Assembly (NCBI RefSeq): GCF_001194135.2
Contig: NC_068983.1
Span: 113,966,399 to 114,030,398 of the forward strand
Length of the DNA: 64,000 nucleotides
Direction of reading: 5' to 3'
Origin: Octopus bimaculoides
Taxonomy: Eukaryota
Positions 39,995 to 51,900 of this stretch are shown here, one piece after another. Position numbers and translations under genes: made by a program. How positions within the stretch are numbered: position 1 is the first letter of the stretch; every line of letters starts with the position of its first letter. The notes beneath the pieces were generated by a model, which saw nothing but the letters and a program-made list of their open reading frames with translations, searched no databases and was not told where the DNA came from.

Positions 39995-42900
39995 AGGTTC
40001 TTTCACATGAAATGTCGCATTTTTAGTTATTTATTATTTCAGTCATTTACAACACTCAATTATGTATACCTTGCATTTAATCTTGACTCTTTTTCTTTCC
40101 CAACAATATTGGTAAACAAAATTCGTACCCATAAACCTTATGAAAATGATAACAAGCAAGCTATGGATGATTTTCTTGTATGAGTACAAACTGGGTCACT
40201 CTACTGCAGAAGCTCGACGGAATATCAAGTGGGCCTTGGGTAATGATTTTGTTGACATCAGAACTGTTCAGAGATGGTTCCAAAACTCTCATTCACGAGA
40301 TGATAGCCTTGAAAATAAACCAAAGAGTAGGCCAAAATCAGTTATTCGGCATGATCAATTAAATGCTGTGGTTGAACAAAATCCGAGAAGAAAGGTTCAA
40401 AAACTTTCAACAGAACTCCAAACATCTTGCACAACTGTTTTTGGACACCTGTAAAAAATTGGAAAAGTCAGGAAAAAAGATATGTTTGTTCCATATCTAC
40501 TGAACAAGATGCCTCGAAGTATGCTCTTTATTGCTTCTCAACTGGAAAAAGACCATTTTTGCATCAGATCATTACTTGTGATGAGAAATGAATACTCTTT
40601 GACAACAGCTAGAGAACAGAACAATGATTAGATGTAGGAAAGTCCCCTAAACACTACCCAAACCCACTATTGCACCCTAAAAAGTTAGTGGTCACTGTAT
40701 GGTGGTCTGTGAAGGGAATTATTCATTATTCATTTTTGCAACAAGGAAAAACAATAACAGCAACATCATATTACCAGGAAATTGATTGTATGGATGAGAA
40801 TTTGAAAAAGAAGCAACCCAAACTAGTGAATTGAGATGGTCCAAATTTGCTCTACGACAATGCACGTCCTCACACTCCTCAAGCTACGGTCCAAAAGTTG
40901 CGAAGCCTGAATTATGAGATTTTGCAACATCCTCCCTATTCCCCTAATATCTCTCCTACTGATCATCACTTATTTAAGCATTTAGAGCTTTTCATAACCA
41001 ATAAAACATTCTTAAATAGAGAAGAGATAATTGAAGTATTCGGACAGTTTATCACAGCAAAAGATGATTTTTTTTTTTTTTTTGAAGATGGAATATATGA
41101 CATAGAGAAACGTTGGGTAAACATACTTTGATTAAATAACTCAGTTCTCTAACACTTCTGAAACATTTTATTGTTACCTTTCAAATACGACATTTCACGT
41201 GAAACAACCTAAAATATATAGAGTAAGATAAAGAGACCAATGGCAAAGTTAGAATTATATTTTATGTATAAAGTCTTACAGCTATTTCAGGGAAAATCCA
41301 ATGTATCCCTTCATCGGAGACGGTAATAGTAGAAGAATGGATTATTACATCTATAAGAGGAGATTTGTAGTAAGAAGTATATATAAAAATGTATATATAT
41401 ATATATATTGTAAATCCGAAAACACAAGAACAAAAAAATGCAAGGACATGGTACATGTAATGTATTAGCAGATACTCAAGAAAGGAAAGAATTATGATTT
41501 AAACTTTCGAGCAGACACTCTTCAAGCTTAAAGCTTATGGCGATCATTGTGCAATGACTAAGGAAAATAGTTTAATAAAGGGGCATATAAGCCCTTTACA
41601 GAAAAAGGAAGCCGGATAGGAAAGCCTTCTTTCCTCTTCAGTCAGTCTCACTTATAATTCCCGAAAAGTCTTTGTTATGAGATATCTTTTGCTAAAGTAG
41701 ATTGATTTCAAATGATAATGTTCACAATAAGAAGTTGAATATTATTCGCTATTTTCAAAACAAAGTTTTATTTAATCATGGTTTGTTTTTTTTTAACCTT
41801 TCTTTCCAAATGTCAACAGGAAGTGTACGAAGCCTGAGTTGGGATTCCTCTAGAAAATTACTCTTCTCTGGTAGTTTTGACCAATCCATCATTGTGTGGG
41901 ATATTGGTGGCCGAAGGGGGACTGCCTTTGAATTGCAAGGACATCAGTAAGTTTAAATTTTCTACATCCACTATCTATTTGTTGTAAATATGTATTGTTA
42001 CTGATTATAGACATAACCATATGATTAAAAGGTTTGCTTTGCCTTGATGTTCTGCAATCAGTCCAACTATACGACACTTTGTGCAAGTGACTTGAGGTGT
42101 TATGAGAGAAGTCTTGTGATTGATATTTGGTAGACAGAAACTGTAAAAGTTCATTGGATGGACTTTATCAGTTCTATAGTTCTAAACTTAACCTGTCAAT
42201 TGGTGTAACACCATCAACTGGTTTGAGGGGTTCCTTTCACTATGTTACAAGCATTTGAACCAGACTTTCATTGTGTTTTTTTTTTTCTTTTTGTCTTATC
42301 TTCCTTCAGTTTTGGAAACTCTGCTAAATAGGTCCTGGCCACTGCTTCCCACCTTCCTTTTACTTAGCTATAACAAAAAATGTTAGGATCCAGAAATGAT
42401 TAACAGATCAACAAACATACTACTGAAACTAAACTGTGAAATTAAAGATTTCTATCAGAAATGGTTGTGTGTGCAGTAATAACAGAGATGTAAGCACAAC
42501 AGTATCTTTCTTCAGAAAGCGTCCTGTAATGATTTACACATACTATTGGTGTGCATGTGTAGTGTGTGTGACTAACTAATCAAGGCTACATCATTCCTAT
42601 TTCCAAATACTCCAAAGTGATTTTTATATTTTTTACTCAGAAGTATTTTATTTCCTTGTTCTAATCCTTGAAACGCCACAAAGCCAATGGCAATAGTTTT
42701 GTTTTTAGAAAATCCTAAGAACAAAAAAGAAAAAAAACTTCAGCATTTAAAAGAAAACAGGAAAAAAAAAATAGTTCAGTTGAAACTTAGTCATGGCCAA
42801 AAGTTTGGAACATAGGTCTGAAAATTAGAGTTTTTATATTGACCTTTTAGTATTTAAACCAGTCATATCTGGCCAAAGTATTCAACTTGTTTTATATTCA

Positions 42901-45900
42901 AATTGTCCAGATCTAGCCTCTAACACTGGCCCTACAATATCATTCTAAAAATTAATAGTTACCTCATCAAAATTTCAAAACTACAAGATAATGCATGATT
43001 AATTCAAAACAAAGTGAATAAATAAGTATTACTTTTGACAGAATAATGTAAAAACTAAAGGGTTAACTGCCCAAAGTTATATTTGAATCAAATTGTACTT
43101 GGGCATAACAATTTTAATTTTTTAAAAAATGTTCCAAAGTTTTGGCCACAACTGTAAACATAATTCAGGCATGTGAGTTAGTGAGTTATCATTTCTGTAT
43201 ATAATTGGCATTGACTAAAAATGTTGTCACTGCCATTGGATAAAATGCTGTTATAGCAGGTTTGGTTGCTATGCTGCTTTGGGGAAGCATTTATGTAATT
43301 GATTTGTTTCTAGTTGATCTGAAAAAAAAAAAAACTAAATGGAGAAATACCCAGAAAGAATTTGTACTGCATAGCTCTGTGCATGTGGTTTGTCAAATGT
43401 GACTCTTGAAGTGTTGGCAGAGGGAAGTGGCACTTTTTGGTGAATAAATTAACATCTCAGTACTGCAACATGTGTTGTGTAGTTACTATAGTTACTTAGT
43501 CTATTGCATAGAAATAAATAACATTTGATCAGTGATGTAACCCAGAGCAGACAATAAAAGAAATAATATATCATATTTTGTAAAGTTTTTGTTGAACACA
43601 GTGGCACTGTGCTGGCCTCATAATTCAGAAGTCTATTGATTGAAGCTACCTCTGCAAAGAAATGGACATTATTTTTTATATTTATACATTCCAATTGTGT
43701 TGTCTGCAAATATACCAACCATATACATTTGTATATACCTACAGTAGATGCAGATCATATTATGCAATAGAAATTTATACTGAGTCAAGGGGCCCCCCAA
43801 CTGACTGGAGTACACCAAAACCCAAGTAGTGTAGTGAACAGAGATGACAAAACCAGGACTTTTCACTTAGTGTCATTCATGTTGTATCATTGATACCTAT
43901 TATCATTGTCTATTTTTCCCCACCACATTTTTTTTTTACCCTAAACTTGCAAATTTGATTTCTCCATTTAAATGGGATTTTAAAAAAATTGCTTTATATT
44001 TATGTTACTTGCTTCATTCCAGTGACAAAGTTCAAGCTTTAATATACTGCCCAATTTCTAACCAATGCTTGTCTGGTGGTGATGATTGTATGGTAGCATT
44101 TTGGAATATGTATGGGAAACGAGTTGAGGTGTGTATTAATTAATTTACTGCATTGATTTGTTTTTATTTTCATAAGATTATAATATTCCAAACTTAAATT
44201 CCTCTTTCGTAAATGTACAAAAATTCGATGACTTTTATCTCAGATTGTTGTCAGCTGTCATAGGATTTGGTATGGTCATAATCTAAGGCTGGATTTGAAC
44301 TAAGAACATATATTTGTAAATATCAGTGACATCCTAAAAATCTATGTTCCTTTTTCAAATTCAACCTGGTACTAACAAGTGATAACAATTCTATTTGTAC
44401 TGGATCTATGATTAGTTCAGTAATTTCACAGACACTATTTGTGACCTGCCTCTCTCCTTATGTCACTTCCATTGTCTTCAATATCCTGTTTCAAGACACT
44501 TATCCAGTTCTTTTTACAACTATTGCCAATACATGAAGTGCTTTTGTTATTTTTTCCTGAAGGAAAATCTCATTTGTGAAAATATATTTTTGTGAGTGGA
44601 TAGCTTTGACTATATCCAGGACAACTTTTATAATCATAAAGCAATATCTCCTTATACTGGTGACTAAAGTGTGTGTATATGTAGGACTCTCCCATCAAAG
44701 ATGACATATGAACATTCAACTTTTGCTGAACGACCTGCACAAATGATTTGTTTATAGTGATCAAATGTTTGTGCTGCACATTAACTCACTCTCTCCATCA
44801 AACCAACGTTGTTTGAACAAGTGCACTGTGTAATATGCATCAGGTGTCAAAGTAATTATAGAACAATGCGGATGAAGTATTTTGCTCAAGAACACAATGC
44901 ATCCACCAGTCTAGGAATTGAAATCCTGATCGCAACATTGTGACTGTAACACCCTAACCATTAAGCCATGCACCTTTATACATATATGTATGTGAATATA
45001 TCTTGTGTGACTCTGAGTTACCATTTATCTAATGTTGGCATAGAGGGTCTCCTTTTAAGAAGTGGCAAGTACATAGTGCTACCCACTTCAACAACACCCT
45101 CTGACCTTTGGGGGCTTTTAGAGGAATTCACTTTATTGCGAGCATTCAGACCATGTTCGTGGAAAGGGGTTTCATGACTTCACAATGCACCAACACCCTC
45201 TACGCTTCCTAAGATGTTAAAAGCTAAAACTAGACATATATTGCAGAATCTTAAAATGATATGAAACATGTTTTAGTCACTTTTGCTGTTTAATGTAAAC
45301 ATTATAAAACTTCTTATATTGTTTTGTTTGCAGACTCCAGATTGGGCTGAAAGTGATATTTGTCAAAAGTGTGATGCACCATTCTTTTGGAATGTTCAGA
45401 AAATGTGGGAGCAAAAAGTAATTGGTAACAGACAGGTATGTTATAGTTTGTACAATTGTGTTCTGTATAGTGTCATATCATGTTGTATAATTCTGAGATT
45501 TCAGCTCTGCTGTTATTTATCTTAAATGGAAATTAAAAAATATAAAATGCTGACTATAACAGCAACCACCATTGTCACTACTATCATTATCACACTCTTA
45601 GAATTTCCACTGTTAAGATTATGGTGTAGATGTTTAATACTGAAATATTGGTTTGAGTGGGATTGTGGTTAGTCAATTACATTGATCCAGTACACAACTG
45701 GTACTTATTTTATCAACCCCCCAAACAAAGGATGAAAGACAAAGTTGACCCTTGTGGCACTTGGACTCAAGACATAAAAACGGACAAATGCCACTACTGG
45801 CACAGTAATGATGATGCCAACTTGCTGCCTTTTAATAATGAAATATTAAATATTGATTTCTAACTGTTTAATAAGTACTTTGTGAAACTACAGAAGTGCT

Positions 45901-48900
45901 TCTGTATCAGTTAACCTAAGCTTAAATATATAATTACCATTTTGATTTTGGGGATCACATTTTCTAAACCGTAATTCTTACATTTCCCTCTGACACACAC
46001 ACGTGCACGCGCATGAAGATGCTGGTCACTGCTAGAAACTAGACCAAGAAATACAGTTCTATATTTAAGAGATGAGGAATTATTTACATTATCTACATTT
46101 GACGGATATTCGTCCTCATCTTGTTTGTTGTTAACACAACGTTTCGGCTGATATACCCTCCAGCCTTCTTCAGGTGTCTTGAGGAAATTTCGAACCTGGG
46201 TTCTCATTCCTATCGATGTTACTATTATTATTATTATTATTATATTATTATTATTATTATTATTAATCAGGTCNNNNNNNNNNNNNNNNNNNNNNNNNNN
46301 NNNNNNNNNNNNNNNNNNNNNNNNNNNNNNNNNNNNNNNNNNNNNNNNNNNNNNNNNNNNNNNNNNNNNNNNNNNNNNNNNNNNNNNNNNNNNNNNNNNN
46401 NNNNNNNNNNNNNNNNNNNNNNNNNNNNNNNNNNNNNNNNNNNNNNNNNNNNNNNNNNNNNNNNNNNNNNNNNNNNNTAATAATAATAATAATAATTATA
46501 ATAATAATAATAGTAACATCGATAGGAATGAGAACCCAGGTTCGAAATTTCCCCAAGACACCTGACGAAGGCTGGAGGGTATATCAGCCGAAACGTTGTG
46601 TTAACAACAAACAAGATGAGGACGAATATCCGTCAAATGTAGATAATGTAAATAATGTAGACCAAGAAAGATTTAATTTAACTCAGTCCAACTATATTAT
46701 CAAATCAGTTATAAGAATTGGATGAGATATGATGGCTCAGCCATCTCTCCCCAGTTCTTATATTAATCATTAAAATTCAGAAATACAACACCACGAGGGA
46801 TAACGGTAACAACAGATCAATAATTTATTCTAGGTTGGTGTAGAGCCGTTTCGTTCATGGGTGAACAGGCATTCCACTAGAATACCAAAGGAAGCTTCGA
46901 CCACATGTCGGGGTCAAGTTGGGACAGCCTGGTAGAACGTCCTGTCACGACGGCTGCTGGATGGATAAGAAAGAGAACGCTATTGCTTTCTCTCCACCTG
47001 TTGCATTGCGCATGCGTGCTCGGGTACTTCCACTGACGGCTAGTCCCTTGCACATGCGCAATGGCACTTCCCAAGATGGCGGCCACACGCACCACTACAA
47101 GCTAGCCTGTTGTGTACAAAAGATAATCTAGTGATAATTTTTGTTTGTAAGTAACAAAATGACAGCATACCATAATGCTTAATCTATTACTCTTGTGGTT
47201 CACTTGACCAGGAGATAATAGACAGTTTTCTGAGGACAGGACATTAAGCCTGTTGGCAATTTGTCCCTAAAATTTCTCTCTGATAGAAACGTTCAACCCA
47301 GAAACATAACTGATTGTATTAATTTTTCATAGGCTACGTAATACTGGAGCCAGAACAATAGATGATTTATGACACCCAAATAAGTCATCATAAACATTTG
47401 CTCTTACTTCAGAATTCATTGTAGGTGTTTCAGTTGTGAAATATCAGATTTTATAGTTGACTGCCTCATGTTCAACTATTGCCTGCAGCTGTTTTTGTTG
47501 TTTTTTTTTCATACTAAATCATCTTTGAATATTAATAGTATAGTCACAAGGGATTTAATTCTGTAAGCAATCAGATTGTCAGTATATTAGCACTAGTTTC
47601 TCAGTAATTTTTTTTTTTCTTTTCCTTGTCATAGGTAAGGTTTTGCTCTCGATCCTTTACAAATCCTTCAAAACTAGAAAAAGGGAAGAAGTTATCATCA
47701 GCCCAAGAAACCTGCCTGACTGCTTACAACAGAGTGGTGTTAAACTGAGTGACAAATAAGAGGCTAGATGATTGTCTGTTTGCAACATCTTTAATTATTA
47801 ACCTTATCATAGTCTTTGTATTGTGCTTCAGGGAAAAGCACTTAACTCTACTTGCTTGACTAACTGAAATTTACACTTTGAAGGTCTGTCTACAATAGGA
47901 ATAAAATAGAACCATACATCCTCTCTTAGAAGACAGCCGGCCCAGAAACGTTAGCACACCGGACGAAATGCTTAGCAGTATTTCGTCTGTCTTTATGCTC
48001 TGAGTTCAAATTCTGCTGAGGTCAACTTTGCCTTTCATCCTTTCAGGGTCGATAAATTAAGTACCAGTTGCATACTGGGCTCAATCTAATCGACTGCCTC
48101 CTCCCCTCCCAAAAAACTCCAGGCCTTGTTCCTAAAGTGGAAAAGAATACTTTTTGGTCCGTTTACTGCTTCTATCTCAGAGATTTTCTAATAGACTAGT
48201 TTCCTAGTTACAAAATCTGTGATTGTGTGACACTGTATTGTCTATATATTGCAAGTAAAGTTAAACTGCTGCCATGCCCGGCAACGAGTACCCATCACCG
48301 AAGAGATCCAATACAGATTAAAACTATGTGGTCTGGTGGTCTTGAGCTAGGGTGGCAAGAGTTATCTCCCGCTTGCAATAAATATCAAGTGTGCGAGACA
48401 CTCTGAATAAACCAGCTGGAGATGATGTCTTCCTGGGGTTAAATGTCCTCTCTTAGAGGACAGCCACGTTAAAGTGGCCATAAACAATATGTAATAATAA
48501 TATTTTACAAATATTAAACGACAATACCATAATTTTTTTTTTGTACTGGAGAAAATGACTATCAATCAGCATGATAGGTGAAAATACTCCAGTGCTCTAA
48601 TAAAGGAATGCAGGACTTTACACGAAGTAATATTTTCTGTAAAACTTACAGTATAAACTTATATGAAGAATATCCCATTCATCCATTGAAAATAAAGAGT
48701 AATGCATTCATATTCTTTATTTCTGCATCTTTACAACAGATACTGATTGCAGCCTTGGCCTTGTGCTTTTTCATCCTTTTGAAATGTTTTCAAGCAGAGA
48801 GGAATAAGCTTGTTTTGATCTTGTGGGTGTGAAACTGAGCATAAAAGATTAAGAGAAAGAAACTGAGTGTTAAATTAAATGTTGGGTGTGTGCTATAAAT

Positions 48901-51900
48901 GGATGATACAAAACTTAAGAACCTATTGGGAGAAGTCAGACATTTTGAGAAGATGTCTGAGGAGTAGTAATTGGAACAGCCCTCAGAGCATTTACCTCTC
49001 ACAGAAAGGATATGTAATGAAGACATGCATAATTAAATTACTTACAATGGAAGTATGATGAGAGATATCTCATTTAGCCTCAAGTGAACTATGATCAAGC
49101 ATATCTATGGTCAAAGAGTTTTCAATATGTTCGTCCCATTTTTCCAGACACATATATATATATATATATATATCGTCATCATCATCATCATCATCGTCAT
49201 TTAACGTCCGCTTTCCATGCTAGCATGGGTTGGACGATTTGACTGAGGACTGGTGAAACCAGATGGCTACACCAGGCTCCAGTCTGATTTGGCAGAGTTT
49301 CTACAGTTGGATGCCCTTCCTAACGCCAACCACTCAGAGAGTGTNNNNNNNNNNNNNNNNNNNNNNNNNNNNNNNNNNNNNNNNNNNNNNNNNNNNNNNN
49401 NNNNNNNNNNNNNNNNNNNNNNNNNNNNNNNNNNNNNNNNNNNNNNNNNNNNNNNNNNNNNNNNNNNNNNNNNNNNNNNNNNNNNNNNNNNNNNNNNNNN
49501 NNNNNNNNNNNNNNNNNNNNNNNNNNNNNNNNNNNNNNNNNNNNNNNNNNNNNNNNNNNNNNNNNNNNNNNNNNNNNNNNNNNNNNNNNNNNNNNNNNNN
49601 NNNNNNNNNNNNNNNNNNNNNGCACAAGAGCCAGTCCAGGGGCACTGGCAATATATATATATATATATATAATCTAATTTCAATAATAGGATAAAAATCT
49701 TTTACAAGAATTTTATCAGGAAGCTAGTGTACAAAAAAATTCATAAGGGAAATTTCTATTCCCAAGAATATAATTATTCGTTTATATTTATATAATGGCA
49801 TTACTACAGAATAATGCCACACACCAGACATCCGAATTAAACACATTCGGTACTAAAATGTGTTTATTTGGGAAGTCTGGTGTGTAGCATTATTCTGTAG
49901 TAATGCCCTTATATAAATATATATATATGATTATGTCTCTTCAAAATAGTTGGCGTGATTTGGCTGCTATTTCTAGCAGTTGTTAAGTTGCTCACTTAAG
50001 GGCTTATGAGGAATAGATGTAAAATGATGGTAATTCATGTCTCCTAACTTTATCTCTTTCTGTATAATTTTTTGTTTATTTTCTTGCAGCACCATTGCCG
50101 AAAGTGTGGTCGTGCTGTATGTGGCAAGTGTAGTGGTAACAAAACAACTATTCCTCCACTTGGTTATGAATATGAAGTACGTGTTTGTGATCAATGTTTC
50201 TCTGGCATAACAGATGAAGAGTAAGTATGGCTGTTGCAGTTCATCCTTCTTTCTTATTAATTTATTTTATGAATTCCAGTTTTATTGCTGCGTATGTTGA
50301 ATGTATGGAGGCACATGTCTCAGTGGTTAAAGTGAGAGGCTCACTATCATGAGGTGGTGAGTTCAGTTCCTGGACTGGGCTGTGTGTTGTGTTCTTGAGC
50401 AAGACACTTTATGTCAGGTTGCCCCAGTTCATTCAGCTGTAGAAACGAGTTGGTGTCAAGCAGTATCAACTTTTGCCTTTTCCTTGGATAGCATCAGTGT
50501 TGTGGAGTGGGGAGGATGGTATGCATGGGCAACTGCTGGTTTTCTATATGCAACCTTGCCTGGACTTGTGCCTCGGAGGGTAACTTTCTAGCTGCAATCC
50601 CACGATCATTCATGACCAAAGGGGGTTTTTTATCTTATATGTTGAATATATGATGTGTTTATTACTGGTCAGATAGCGACATGGTTAGTGGGTCTCACAT
50701 ACTGACACTGAGATAATTATAACTCTAAGTTGTTAACGATCGAGCAGACCAATGATCAAAAGCATTCTAGCCATGATCATCAGGCCTTTTTTTTTTTTTT
50801 CACCTTTCAGACTTAGACCACCTTAACCTTTGGTAAGGTGTGGTTTGAAGGGGACCAGATCTATGGATGGAGCAAAGTACCAGATAGAAAGAAGGTGACA
50901 TATGGGGTATACTTGTACAGTAGATAGAGCCATAAAAGTTCACTGACAGCTCAGGAAAGAATGGAAGGAAGCAGGGGACAAGAAACAGTATCAGGTGGTA
51001 GCGACCTGGATTGGAAGCATACCATGTCCTGGATTGCAAAGCAGTGTGTCTATATGAACAGGATGCTATTCGCACAATGTGTGTACATAATGATGGCAAT
51101 GTGCTTAAACCTCTCCAATGCTGATAAGAGGCATGGAATTGTTATTATGAAAATTCATTGAATTAAGAGAATACATGGAATAGAAAGGGAATAATTCAAG
51201 TGCACCAAATATAGGAACCACTATATGGTGGCTATCTGGTCAAAATGGTCAATAACCATTTAGCATTCAGGTTACTTTTGTCAAATGTAATGCTTATTTA
51301 TGAGGTATCAAAAGGTTCCTGGATCAGTCATGTTTAATAAAAAAAAATAACTTATTTACTTAAGTCTTAACATCATCTCCTTTGAAATAGTCACCCTGTG
51401 CAGCAGTACACTGATCCCTGCATTTCTGCCACTTTTGGAATCCAACCTGGAAGTCATTTTCCATACATGAGTCAAGCACGTTCTGCAATTCGCTCAAGAT
51501 CTCCACAACAGTGTTAAAATGGTGACTCTTGAGCTGCATTTTCATCTAGGAGAAGAGATAGAAGTCCACGGGTACTGAATCTGGTGAATAGGACAGATGT
51601 GGAAGCAATACTATGTTGTTTTTCGCAAGAAACTCACAAGTGAGGAGAGCTTGGTGACAGGGTGCATTGTCGTCATGAAGAATCTAATTTTTTGCACTTC
51701 ACAGATCCAGTTGCTTTAGCTGAATGTCTTCCCTCAAATACTTTAAAATGTTGCTGTAGAACCCTTGATTGATGGTTTGACCTTGGAGTATGAATTCTCA
51801 ATGCACAACACCACATTTCCAAAGGTGACGCTCGTGGCAGGTCTTCCAGTTTGCTCATCATCTTCCAGGGACGTTCTACTTTTGAAACACCTGTGCCACT

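Larger units (their letters stand above)
46052..46657. mobile_element. Head-to-head inverted dimer of the family H element flanked by a 12-bp direct repeat
   Basis: Arms 46080-46273 (-) and 46478-46655 (+) around a 204-N gap; TAGACCAAGAAA at 46040-46051 and 46658-46669. Confidence 0.72.

Noticed and set aside
41480-41535. Third hammerhead-like string on the minus strand (CTTGAAGA...CTCGAAAG)
   Set aside because: The core is altered, stem II pairs poorly, and no stem I can be formed.
41786-41819. TTTTAACC before exon 7 as a second U12 branch site
   Set aside because: The intron 6 donor is GTGAGT (U2-type) and a normal pyrimidine tract is present.
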